Source: Chloroflexota bacterium
GTDB taxonomy: Bacteria > Chloroflexota > Limnocylindria > QHBO01
Length of the DNA stretch: 48,438 nt
Direction of reading: 5' to 3'
NCBI GenBank assembly: GCA_013694795.1
Contig: JACDBS010000161.1
Location: 1 to 48,438 of the forward strand
Under the pieces are notes generated by a model. That model ran no database searches and had not been told where the DNA came from. It saw only the letters and a list, made by a program, of their open reading frames with translations. The position numbers and the translations under genes are program-made. Below, in pieces: positions 20,444-29,046 of the stretch (positions are counted from its first letter, which is position 1; each line of letters starts with the position of its first letter).

Positions 20444-20794
20444 TTGAGCCAGCGCACCGACAGGCTCGACAGCCAGATCCGGCAGGAGCTGATGGAGCTC
20501 CTCCAGCGTGAGATGAAGGACCCGCGCGTCGGATTCGCCACCATCACGCGCGTCGAGACCGCACGCGACCTCGGCAGCGCCAAGGTCTGGGTCAGCATTC
20601 TCGGCACGGACGAGGAGCGCGAGCAGACCCTCAAGGCGCTGACTGATGCCGCCCCGTGGCTCCGTCGCCAGCTCGGCGCGCGCCTGACCATCCGCCACAT
20701 CCCGCAGCTCGTCATCCGCCACGACGACTCGATCGAGGCGGGAGACCGCGTCCTGCGCCTGCTGCGGGAGATCGACGAGGAGCGTCCGGAATGA
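20444..20794 (+). CDS. rbfA: Ribosome-binding factor A
   Basis: TTG 20444, 10 nt after the infB stop. RLDSQIRQELMELLQREMKDPRVGFATITRVETARDLGSAKVWVS. Confidence 0.92.
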   Translation: MSQRTDRLDSQIRQELMELLQREMKDPRVGFATITRVETARDLGSAKVWVSILGTDEEREQTLKALTDAAPWLRRQLGARLTIRHIPQLVIRHDDSIEAGDRVLRLLREIDEERPE

Positions 20795-21774
20795 GTCGTG
20801 ATGCGGTGCGCGACGCCATCCTTGGCGCGTCACGCGTCACGGTGATCTGCCATGAGAACCCCGACGCCGATACCCTCGGCTCGGCGCTTGCGTTGCGCAT
20901 GGCCGCCGAGCGTCTGGGCAAGCAGGCGGAGGTCGTTGCCGCCGACCCCGTCCCGCCGTCGCTGGTCGGCCTGCCCCATGCGGACGAGGTCCACGTCAGT
21001 CCGAGGCTCGAGGCCGACCTTGCGGTGGTGGTCGATGGCCCGCTGTCTCGAACGGGTGCCGTGGTGCGAGACTGCGGGGCATGGCTCGAGCGGGCGCGAG
21101 TCGTGAACATCGATCACCACATCTCGAACGACGGCAGCGAGGCGCTCGTCGCCTGGGTCGACGCCGACGCGGCCGCCACCTGCGAGATGGTCGCCATGCT
21201 CATCCCCGAGCTGGGCATCAAGATCGACGTGCAGATCGCGACCGTCCTGACTGCCGGGATCGTGCAGGACACGCACACCTTCTCGCATCCGAACGCGACG
21301 CCGCGCACGCTGCGGGTCGCTGCCGACCTGGTCGAGGCCGGCGCGCCCCTCGCCAGCATTCATCGGTCCATCTACGCCGACAAGCCCTTCAGCATGCTGG
21401 CCCTGTGGGGACGGATCCTGGCCGGGGCAGCGGAGCTCCACGACGGGCGCATCGTGCACGCCAGCATGACGCTCGCGATGCTGGCCGAGACGGCCACTGA
21501 GCCAGTCGCCAGCGAGGGCTTCATCGACCTGCTCGCGTCCACCAAGGCGGCCGATATCACCCTGCTCTTCAAGGAGGCCGATGCGTCCCAGGCACGCGTC
21601 AGCGTCCGCACATCGGCGAATGCCGACGCCGTGGCCATCACCTCGGCCTTTGGTGGTGGGGGCCATGCTCGAGCGGCCGGCTGCACGGTCGACGCCCCGT
21701 TGGCTGACGCCATGGCGCGGGTGCTCGACGAGTGCGAGCGGGAGCTCGCCCGCGCCGATGCTCGGGGTCGTTAA
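20791..21774 (+). CDS. nrnA: DHH/DHHA1 phosphoesterase, NrnA-like oligoribonuclease/pAp phosphatase
   Basis: ATG overlaps the rbfA stop (ATGA). CHENPDADTLGSALAL, IDHHISN, FGGGGHARAAG. Confidence 0.88.
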   Translation: MSRDAVRDAILGASRVTVICHENPDADTLGSALALRMAAERLGKQAEVVAADPVPPSLVGLPHADEVHVSPRLEADLAVVVDGPLSRTGAVVRDCGAWLERARVVNIDHHISNDGSEALVAWVDADAAATCEMVAMLIPELGIKIDVQIATVLTAGIVQDTHTFSHPNATPRTLRVAADLVEAGAPLASIHRSIYADKPFSMLALWGRILAGAAELHDGRIVHASMTLAMLAETATEPVASEGFIDLLASTKAADITLLFKEADASQARVSVRTSANADAVAITSAFGGGGHARAAGCTVDAPLADAMARVLDECERELARADARGR

Positions 21775-22651
21775 CCTCGACAAGCCGGTCGGGCCGACCA
21801 GCCACGACATGGTCGGCTTCCTGCGTCGCCTGACCGGCATCCGACGCATCGGTCACGCCGGTACCCTGGATCCTCTCGCGTCGGGCGTCCTGCCCATCCT
21901 TGTCGGTGCCGCGACGCGCTTCAGCGAGGAGTTGACCGGCGGCCGCAAGCGGTACACCGCGGTCATCCGGCTTGGCGAGAGCAGCGAGACCGATGACGCC
22001 GAGGGCCCGCTCACGGCGATGGACGGTCCGCTCCCCTCCGACGCGGCCGTGACCGATGCGCTGGCCTCGTTCGTCGGCACCTTCGATCAGAGGCCACCGC
22101 TCTTCAGCGCGCGCAAGCACGAGGGTCGGACCGCGCACCGTGAGGCACGAGCCGGCGCGCCGCTGTACGACCTGCCGGCGCGCACGGTTACGGTGGACGC
22201 GATCGACCTGTTGGGCATCGAGCGCGTCGATGGTCTGCTTGATGTGCGAATCGACCTGCGCTGCGGCCCCGGAACATACGTTCGCTCGATTGCGCGCGAT
22301 CTCGGCGAGCGGTTGGGCAGTGGCGGATACCTTCACGCGTTGCGTCGAACCGAAGCGGCAGGGCTGAGCGTCGACGACGGGATCGCACCGGCGCAGCTCG
22401 AGCTGCTGGCGGAGAGCGGTCGCCTGGGGGAGGCCGTCCTCCCCGTCGGCGAACTGCTGCCCCTGCCGCGCATGGTGCTGGAGGCCGATGCGGTCTGGCG
22501 CTTCGTCCACGGCTCCGAGCAGTCGGTGGTCTCCGCTCCGGAAGGGCGCGTGGCAGTCTTCGGGCCTGGCGGCGACCTGGTCGGGGTTGGGCGGGTCGAC
22601 GAAGGACTGTTGCGACCGGACAAGGTGCTTCCGCAGGATGTCGCCCAGTGA
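21758..22651 (+). CDS. truB: tRNA pseudouridine55 synthase TruB
   Basis: GVVNLDKPVGPTSHD, GHAGTLDPLASGVLPI. The start at 21758 overlaps nrnA by 17 nt. Confidence 0.94.
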   Translation: MLGVVNLDKPVGPTSHDMVGFLRRLTGIRRIGHAGTLDPLASGVLPILVGAATRFSEELTGGRKRYTAVIRLGESSETDDAEGPLTAMDGPLPSDAAVTDALASFVGTFDQRPPLFSARKHEGRTAHREARAGAPLYDLPARTVTVDAIDLLGIERVDGLLDVRIDLRCGPGTYVRSIARDLGERLGSGGYLHALRRTEAAGLSVDDGIAPAQLELLAESGRLGEAVLPVGELLPLPRMVLEADAVWRFVHGSEQSVVSAPEGRVAVFGPGGDLVGVGRVDEGLLRPDKVLPQDVAQ

Positions 22652-23604
22652 CGCTCGCCATTCCCTCGATCGGTCCGGCGGTCATCACGATGGGGGTATT
22701 TGACGGAATGCACCTCGGCCACCGGCACCTCTTGGCGCGGACCATCAATGCGGCCCTCGAGCGTGACGCGGCCGCCGTCGCGCTGGTCTTCTCGCCTCAC
22801 CCCGACGAGGTCATCCGGCCCGGCACCAGCGTCCCGCGGCTGCTTCCGCCTGACATCACCCTCGAGCGGCTGGAAGCCACCGGGCTGGATCGCGCGGTCG
22901 TCGTCCGCTTCGACGCCGGACTGCGCTCCATGGCGCCGGAGGAATTCCTCGATGCCCTGGCGCCCGCCATCGAGCTTCGCGGCATCACCATGACGCCGGA
23001 CAGCGCGTTTGGCCGCGGGCGCGCCGGGACCGCGGAACGCGTGGGCCAGATCGGTGCCGAGCGCGGATTCGACGCCATCGTGGTCGATCCGCTGATCGTT
23101 GACGGTGCGCCAGTCTCTTCGTCGCGCATCCGCTCGACGCTGAGCGATGGCGATGTGGCCACTGCCCGTCACCTCCTCGCTGCGACGCCACTGCTGCGCG
23201 GGGTCGTGGTGCATGGTGACCGGCGGGGGAGGGCGCTCGGATTCCCGACCGCCAATCTCGCGTTTGCGTACACGCCGGCGCTACCCGCGCTCGGCATCTA
23301 CCTGGGTCGCGTGGAGGTCGCGGAACGTGGCGTGGGTCCGGGTCATCCCGCGCTCGTAAGCGTTGGTGTGCGACCGACGTTCCACGACGACGGGCGCATC
23401 CTGGTCGAGGTCTATCTCCTCGACTGGGACGGCGACCTGTACGACGCGACACTGACGCTCGAGCTCGAGGAGCGATTGCGCGAGGAGCGACGATTCGAGT
23501 CGGCGGAGGCACTGGTGAAGCAGATGCGGGCCGACGAGGCCGGAGCACGCCGACTCCTGGCTGGCGGTGACGCCGATGGAGCGGGTCGGCACCTCCTCTG
23601 TTAG
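22648..23604 (+). CDS. ribF: Bifunctional riboflavin kinase / FAD synthetase
   Basis: GTG overlaps the truB stop (GTGA). MGVFDGMHLGHRHL, and the kinase part GDRRGRALGFPTANL, LLDWDGDLY. Confidence 0.94.
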   Translation: MTLAIPSIGPAVITMGVFDGMHLGHRHLLARTINAALERDAAAVALVFSPHPDEVIRPGTSVPRLLPPDITLERLEATGLDRAVVVRFDAGLRSMAPEEFLDALAPAIELRGITMTPDSAFGRGRAGTAERVGQIGAERGFDAIVVDPLIVDGAPVSSSRIRSTLSDGDVATARHLLAATPLLRGVVVHGDRRGRALGFPTANLAFAYTPALPALGIYLGRVEVAERGVGPGHPALVSVGVRPTFHDDGRILVEVYLLDWDGDLYDATLTLELEERLREERRFESAEALVKQMRADEAGARRLLAGGDADGAGRHLLC

Positions 23605-23640
23605 ACTTCCGAAGCTTACGGAAAGGATGTGGAGGAATAC

Positions 23641-23910
23641 GTGCCGCTCGCCAAGGATTCGAAGAGCGCAATCGTCGACGAATACGCCACGCACGAGGGC
23701 GACACCGGGTCACCCGAGGTGCAGATTGCACTTCTCACCGAGCGGATCAAGTCACTGACGGAGCATCTGCGGAGCTTCCCGAAGGACAATCACTCGCGCC
23801 GCGGGCTGCTGAAGCTCGTCGGGCAGCGAAGACGGCTGCTTGCGTACCTGGTTCGCAATGACGTGGACCGGTACCGCGCCGTTATCAGCAGCCTCGGGCT
23901 GCGCCGCTAG
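23641..23910 (+). CDS. rpsO: 30S ribosomal protein S15
   Basis: [53 protein letters not shown] 23641 has GGAGG 5 nt upstream and gives the usual 89 aa. The track start 23629 lacks a spaced RBS. Confidence 0.95.
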   Translation: MPLAKDSKSAIVDEYATHEGDTGSPEVQIALLTERIKSLTEHLRSFPKDNHSRRGLLKLVGQRRRLLAYLVRNDVDRYRAVISSLGLRR

Positions 23911-23919
23911 ACATTGCTC

Positions 23920-23957
23920 GCGATCGACCCAGAGCCCACGAGGGACCTGGGTCTCGC
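23920..23957 (+). terminator. Hairpin immediately after rpsO (candidate terminator or processing site in the pnp leader)
   Basis: GCGA-tc-GACCCAG (23920-23932) pairs with CTGGGTC-TCGC (23947-23957), giving an 11-bp stem with a 2-nt bulge. No U tract follows. Confidence 0.35.
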
Positions 23958-24073
23958 ACATCTGCAGACTCATCCACCTGGCCTCCGCCCCTGCCTGACG
24001 CCTGCGCTCGAAGAAAGAGAGCGCGCCACGCAGATCCAGCGCCGGATGCCACCCAAGAACACTGGAGGAATCA

Positions 24074-26683
24074 GTGGCTATCAAACACGAGGCCGAAATC
24101 GGCGGCAAGGTCTTCAGCATGGAGACCGGGAAGCTCGCTGAACAGGCCGATGGCGCCGTCATCATTCGATACGGTGACTCCGTCGTACTGGCGACCGCGG
24201 TCGCGGCCAAGGAGCCGCGCGAGGGCGCCGACTTCTTCCCGCTCACCGTCGATTACGAGGAGCGCATGTACGCTGCCGGCAAGATCCCGGGCGGCTTCAT
24301 CAAGCGCGAGTCGCGCCCGTCCGAGGCGGCCATCCTGGCCATGCGCCTCACCGACCGGCCCATTCGCCCGCTCTTCCCGAAGGGCTACTTCAACGACGTG
24401 CAGGTCGTCCTGACGGTCCTCTCGACCGACCAGGAGAATGATCCGGACATCCTGGCGCTGAACGGCGCTTCGGCGGCGCTGAGCGTCAGCCACATCCCGT
24501 TCGCCGGGCCGGTTGGCGCCGTGCGCGTCGGCCGCATCGGCGGCGAGTTCGTGACCAATCCGACGAACAGCCAGCTTGCCGACAGCGAGCTCGACCTCGT
24601 TGTGGCGGGCACGCGCGAGGCGGTCATGATGGTCGAGGCCGGCGCCAAGATCCTGCCCGAGGAGGTCATGGCCGACGCCATCGCCTACGGCCACAGCGAA
24701 CTCCAGGAGTCCATTGACCTCCAGCACAAGCTTGTCGCCTCGGCGGGCACGCCCAAGAAAGTCCCGTTCGTCGGCCCGAAGGCCGCATCGGTCGCACAGC
24801 TTGGCAAGCTGCTGTCGGAAGGCAAGACCGAGTTCGTCGTCTTCGATCTCGAGACGACCGCCATCAAGCCGGAGAATGGCTACATCGTCGACATCGCCGC
24901 CCTTCGCGTGCGTGACGGCCAGGTGGTCGACCGCTTCGAGTCGCTCGTCAACCCGGGGCGCGCCATCGTCGGGCACCAGGTGCACGGAATCAAGACCGAT
25001 GACGTTGCCAACGCGCCGACCGCCGCAGAGGTGCTGACCAACTTCGTGCAGTGGGTCGGCGACGCTCCGGTCGTGGCGCACAACATCAGCTTCGATCTCC
25101 CGTTCGTGCTTCGCCATCTGCCGAACGACACCAAGTGGGAGCCGAAGGCTGTCTTCGACACCCTCGAGCTCGGCTACCAGCTCTACCCCGATGCGGGCGC
25201 CTACAAGCTCGCCGACCTGATTCGCTTCGTCTTCGGCCGCGACCATGCAACTGCGCACCGTGCCATGCCGGACGCCGAGGCTGCTGCCGAGCTGTTCATC
25301 CACTTCACGCAGGGTCTCGCCGAGCGCCTTGACGCGCTGCGCGAGGACATCGCCGGCGAGGTGCGCCGCGCCCGCGAGAACTACAACCGCGCGGATCAGA
25401 GCGACCAGATGGAGGACATCCGCCGGCGCCATGGCATCGGCTCGGCGCTCATGGATGTCGTCACCAAGTCAACGGTTCGCGAGCTCGTGCTCAGCGAGAA
25501 CATCCGCATTGACGGGCGCGACACCACGACGGTCCGCCCGATCAGCGTCGAGGTCGGCGTCCTGCCGCGCACGCACGGCTCAGGCCTCTTCACCCGTGGC
25601 CAGACGCAGGCCCTCTCGATCGCAACGCTCGGCCCGTCGAGCAACGTGCAGCGCATGGACACGATCTCGCCCGAGACCGAGAAGCGCTACATGCACCACT
25701 ACAACATGCCGCCGTACTCGGTGGGCGAGGCGAAGTTCATGCGCGGGCCCGGCCGGCGTGAGATTGGCCATGGCGCCCTCGCCGAGCGGGCCCTGCTGCC
25801 GGTGCTGCCGAGCGCGGACGAGTTCCCGTACGTCATCCGCGTCGTGAGCGAGTGCGTCAGCTCGAACGGTTCGACCTCCATGGCTTCCACCTGCGGCTCC
25901 ACATTGGCGCTCATGGATGCCGGCGTCCCGATCAAGGCGCCGGTGGCCGGTGCCGCGATGGGCCTCATCAACGACAAGGAGACCGGTCGCTACGCCGTCC
26001 TCACCGACATCACCGGCAAGGAGGATGCCTACGGCGACATGGACTTCAAGGTGACCGGCACGGCCGAGGGCGTGACCGCCCTCCAGATGGACATCAAGGT
26101 GGCGGGCATCACCATTGAGATCATGCGGGACGCCCTCCGGCAGGCCCTCAACGCCAGGATGCACATCCTCGGCAAGATGACCGAGGTCATCAGCGCCAGC
26201 CGCGAGGAGCTGAGCCAGTACGCGCCGCGCATCACGACGCTGAAGATCCCGGTCGACAAGATCCGCGACGTCATCGGCGCCGGCGGCAAGGTGATCCGCC
26301 AGATCACCGCCGAGACCGGGACGCAGATCAACGTCGAGGACGACGGCACCATCCAGATCGCCGCCACGAGCGGCGAGGCAGCCCAGAAGGCGATCGCCTG
26401 GATCGAGGGCCTGACCAAGGAGGTCGAAGTCGGCAAGGAGTACATGGGCAAGGTCACCCGGATCATGAACTTCGGGGCCTTCGTCGAGATCCTGCCCGGC
26501 AAGGAGGGGCTGGTCCACATCAGCCAGCTCGCCGATTACCGTGTGCCGCGCGTCGAGGACGTGGTCAGCATCGGCGACGAGCTGATGGTGGTCGTGACCG
26601 AGATCGACCGCATGGGCCGCGTCAACCTGAGCCGCCGCGCCGCGATGGAGCGCCATATGGCCAAGGCGGGCGACCGAAGCTGA
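24074..26683 (+). CDS. pnp: Polyribonucleotide nucleotidyltransferase (PNPase) carrying an inserted DEDDh exonuclease domain
   Basis: GTG start, with GGAGG 5 nt upstream. PH1 ([30 protein letters not shown]). PH2 ([48 protein letters not shown]). KH ([10 protein letters not shown]). S1 ([15 protein letters not shown]). 869 aa. Confidence 0.95.
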   Translation: MAIKHEAEIGGKVFSMETGKLAEQADGAVIIRYGDSVVLATAVAAKEPREGADFFPLTVDYEERMYAAGKIPGGFIKRESRPSEAAILAMRLTDRPIRPLFPKGYFNDVQVVLTVLSTDQENDPDILALNGASAALSVSHIPFAGPVGAVRVGRIGGEFVTNPTNSQLADSELDLVVAGTREAVMMVEAGAKILPEEVMADAIAYGHSELQESIDLQHKLVASAGTPKKVPFVGPKAASVAQLGKLLSEGKTEFVVFDLETTAIKPENGYIVDIAALRVRDGQVVDRFESLVNPGRAIVGHQVHGIKTDDVANAPTAAEVLTNFVQWVGDAPVVAHNISFDLPFVLRHLPNDTKWEPKAVFDTLELGYQLYPDAGAYKLADLIRFVFGRDHATAHRAMPDAEAAAELFIHFTQGLAERLDALREDIAGEVRRARENYNRADQSDQMEDIRRRHGIGSALMDVVTKSTVRELVLSENIRIDGRDTTTVRPISVEVGVLPRTHGSGLFTRGQTQALSIATLGPSSNVQRMDTISPETEKRYMHHYNMPPYSVGEAKFMRGPGRREIGHGALAERALLPVLPSADEFPYVIRVVSECVSSNGSTSMASTCGSTLALMDAGVPIKAPVAGAAMGLINDKETGRYAVLTDITGKEDAYGDMDFKVTGTAEGVTALQMDIKVAGITIEIMRDALRQALNARMHILGKMTEVISASREELSQYAPRITTLKIPVDKIRDVIGAGGKVIRQITAETGTQINVEDDGTIQIAATSGEAAQKAIAWIEGLTKEVEVGKEYMGKVTRIMNFGAFVEILPGKEGLVHISQLADYRVPRVEDVVSIGDELMVVVTEIDRMGRVNLSRRAAMERHMAKAGDRS
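24815..25345 (+). other. DnaQ/RNase T-like DEDDh 3'-5' exonuclease domain embedded in pnp (approx. aa 248-424)
   Basis: Exo[10 protein letters not shown] (D258 at 24845, E260). Exo[14 protein letters not shown] (D341 at 25094). Exo[17 protein letters not shown] (H395 at 25256, D400). Domain boundaries are approximate. Confidence 0.75.
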
Positions 26684-26702
26684 GCGGCGCCGGCCGCGCG
26701 CG

Positions 26703-27368
26703 ATGGGTGCCGCGAGCGAGCCATCCGGGGGCGCGATGGCGCTGCAGCAGGTCGCCGACGAGGTCCGCGGCTGCACGCGCTGCGCGCTCTCCGCGGGGCG
26801 CACCAAAGCGGTGCCCGGCGAGGGCAACGTCCGCAGCGATGTCCTCCTCGTCGGGGAGGGTCCGGGCGCCCGCGAGGACGCCACCGGGCGGCCCTTCGTC
26901 GGCCCTGCCGGCCAGCTCCTTGACGAGCTGCTGAGCGCCATCGGCTGGCAGCGAGCGGACGTCTTCATCACCAACGTGGTGAAGTGCCGTCCGCCGGGCA
27001 ACCGTGATCCGGAGCCGGTCGAGGTAGCCGCCTGCGCCGGCTATCTCGACCGCCAGGAACGCGCCCTGGACCCGGCCGTGGTGGTCACGCTCGGCCGGCA
27101 CTCGCTCCAGCGCTACCTGCCCGGCGCGCGAATCGGGGCGGTCCACGGCCACCTGCGTCGCTCATCCTCCGGCCAGCACGTCTTCCCGATGTACCATCCT
27201 GCTGCGGCGTTGCACCAGGCCTCGCTGCGCGAGACCCTGTTCAGCGATATGCGTGGCCTGCCGGCGGCGCTGCTGGCCGCGCGCGAGGCGATCGGCGGCG
27301 AGCGCACGACAGCCGTTCAGGCGGAGTCGACCACGGCCGATGACGTCGAACAGATGACCCTCTTTTAG
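26703..27368 (+). CDS. Uracil-DNA glycosylase, family 4 (Fe-S type)
   Basis: CTRCALS, LLVGEGPGAREDATGRPFVGPAGQLLD, NVVKCRPPGNRDP, MYHPAAAL. Confidence 0.9.
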   Translation: MGAASEPSGGAMALQQVADEVRGCTRCALSAGRTKAVPGEGNVRSDVLLVGEGPGAREDATGRPFVGPAGQLLDELLSAIGWQRADVFITNVVKCRPPGNRDPEPVEVAACAGYLDRQERALDPAVVVTLGRHSLQRYLPGARIGAVHGHLRRSSSGQHVFPMYHPAAALHQASLRETLFSDMRGLPAALLAAREAIGGERTTAVQAESTTADDVEQMTLF

Positions 27369-27376
27369 GAGCACTC

Positions 27377-29041
27377 ATGTCCGAATCCCTGCGCATCATC
27401 CCGCTCGGCGGGGTGGGCGAGGTCGGCAAGAACATCACCGTCATCGAGGTCGACGGTGAGATCCTGGTCGTCGACTGCGGCCTGGCCTTTCCGGAGCCTG
27501 ACATGCTGGGGATCGACCTTGTCATCCCCGACGTCACGTACCTCGCCGAACGGCGGGACCGAGTCCGCGGCATCATCCTGACCCACGGCCACGAGGATCA
27601 CACCGGCGCCCTTCCCTACGTCCTCCCGCAGATCCCCGGTACGCCCATCTACGCCACGCGGCTGACCGAGGGCCTCGTCCAGGGCAAGCTCAAGGAGCAC
27701 AAGCTCCTCGATTCCACTCCGCTCCACGTCATCGAGCCGGGAAACGAATTCGCGGTCGGCATTTTCCGTCTCACGCCGTTCCGCGTCAACCACTCCATCC
27801 CCGATGGGGTCGGCTACGCCATCGAAACGCCGCTCGGCACCATTGTCCACACCGGCGACTTCAAGTTCGACCACACCCCACCCGACGGCAGGCGCGCCGA
27901 CCTCGGTCTCATCGCCGAGATCGGCAACCGGGGCGTCGCGTTCCTGCTGTCGGACTCTACCCGCGCCGAGCGCGAGGGCTACACGCTCTCCGAGATGACG
28001 GTCGGAGACAGCCTGAACCGGTTGGTGGGGGAGGCACCGGGTCGCGTCATCGTGGCCACGTTCGCCAGCAATATCGGTCGCGTCCAGCAGGTGATCGACG
28101 CCGCCTGGGCCCATGGTCGCAAGATGGTTGCCCTCGGGCGCAGCATGGAGCAGAACACGGCCATCGCCCTCGAGCGCGGCTACCTCGACGATCGTGACGG
28201 TACGCTCGTCCGCAAGGAGCAGCTCCAGCGCCTGTCCAAGGAGCAGCTGGTGGTGATGACCACCGGCTCCCAGGGTGAGCCGATGTCCGGGCTGACGCGG
28301 ATGAGCAACCGCGACCACCGCAATATCACCATCGAGCCCGGCGACACGGTGATCGTGTCCGCCAGCCCCATCCCGGGCAACGAGGAGGCAGTAGCCAAGA
28401 CCATCGACAACCTCTTCAAGGAGGGGGCGATGGTCCACTACGAGCCCCTCGTGCACTGCCACGTCTCCGGGCACGGGTCGCGCGAGGAGCTGAAGCTCAT
28501 GTTGGGCCTCGTCAAGCCGCGCCACTTCATCCCGGTGCACGGCGAGTACCGCATGCTCGTGCAGCACGGGCTCCTGGCTGAAGGCGCCGGCGTGGATGTT
28601 GACAAGATCTTCGTGCTCGAGAACGGCCAGGTTGTCGAGTTCGATGGCGAACGGGCAAGAATGGCCGGCACGGTGTCGGCCGGGGCGGTCCTGGTCGACG
28701 GCATCGCGGCCATCGACGGTATCGACGGGGTCGTGCTGCGCGATCGGCGCATGCTCGCATCCGATGGCGTGGTGATGGTGGCGTTGACGATTGATGGAAA
28801 GACCGGCCAGCCGGTCGGTCTGCCGGATCTCGTCAGCCGTGGCTTCCTGTCAGATCCCGAGGATCCGTTGATGGGCGAGGCGCGCGACCACCTCATGCAA
28901 GCACTACAGCAGCGCCGCGAGGACGAGCACACCGCTGAGGCGGGTTACGTGAAGACCAAGATTCGTGACACCCTCAGCCGTTTCTTCCAGCAGCGCACGA
29001 AGCGTCGGCCCATGATCCTGCCGATCGTGATGGAGGTCTGA
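27377..29041 (+). CDS. rnj: Ribonuclease J
   Basis: IIPLGGVGEVGKN, THGHEDHTGALPY metallo-beta-lactamase motif, beta-CASP segment, HVSGHGSREEL. Confidence 0.95.
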   Translation: MSESLRIIPLGGVGEVGKNITVIEVDGEILVVDCGLAFPEPDMLGIDLVIPDVTYLAERRDRVRGIILTHGHEDHTGALPYVLPQIPGTPIYATRLTEGLVQGKLKEHKLLDSTPLHVIEPGNEFAVGIFRLTPFRVNHSIPDGVGYAIETPLGTIVHTGDFKFDHTPPDGRRADLGLIAEIGNRGVAFLLSDSTRAEREGYTLSEMTVGDSLNRLVGEAPGRVIVATFASNIGRVQQVIDAAWAHGRKMVALGRSMEQNTAIALERGYLDDRDGTLVRKEQLQRLSKEQLVVMTTGSQGEPMSGLTRMSNRDHRNITIEPGDTVIVSASPIPGNEEAVAKTIDNLFKEGAMVHYEPLVHCHVSGHGSREELKLMLGLVKPRHFIPVHGEYRMLVQHGLLAEGAGVDVDKIFVLENGQVVEFDGERARMAGTVSAGAVLVDGIAAIDGIDGVVLRDRRMLASDGVVMVALTIDGKTGQPVGLPDLVSRGFLSDPEDPLMGEARDHLMQALQQRREDEHTAEAGYVKTKIRDTLSRFFQQRTKRRPMILPIVMEV

Positions 29042-29046
29042 CTCGG

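Noticed and set aside
24815-25345. Intein or mobile-element explanation for the extra segment in pnp
   Set aside because: There are no intein splice-junction signatures (no N-terminal Cys/Ser block, no C-terminal HN followed by Cys/Ser/Thr) and no homing-endonuclease motifs. The segment carries ordered ExoI-III motifs of a DEDDh exonuclease instead, so I treat it as a domain insertion.
24071-27001. Two long minus-strand ORFs (453 aa and 473 aa) opposite pnp and udg
   Set aside because: These are shadow ORFs of pnp. The same pattern appears opposite ffh (2436-3827), nusA (16955-18241), infB (18778-20163), rnj (27365-28567) and rny (plus-strand 43732-45030). None has family motifs.
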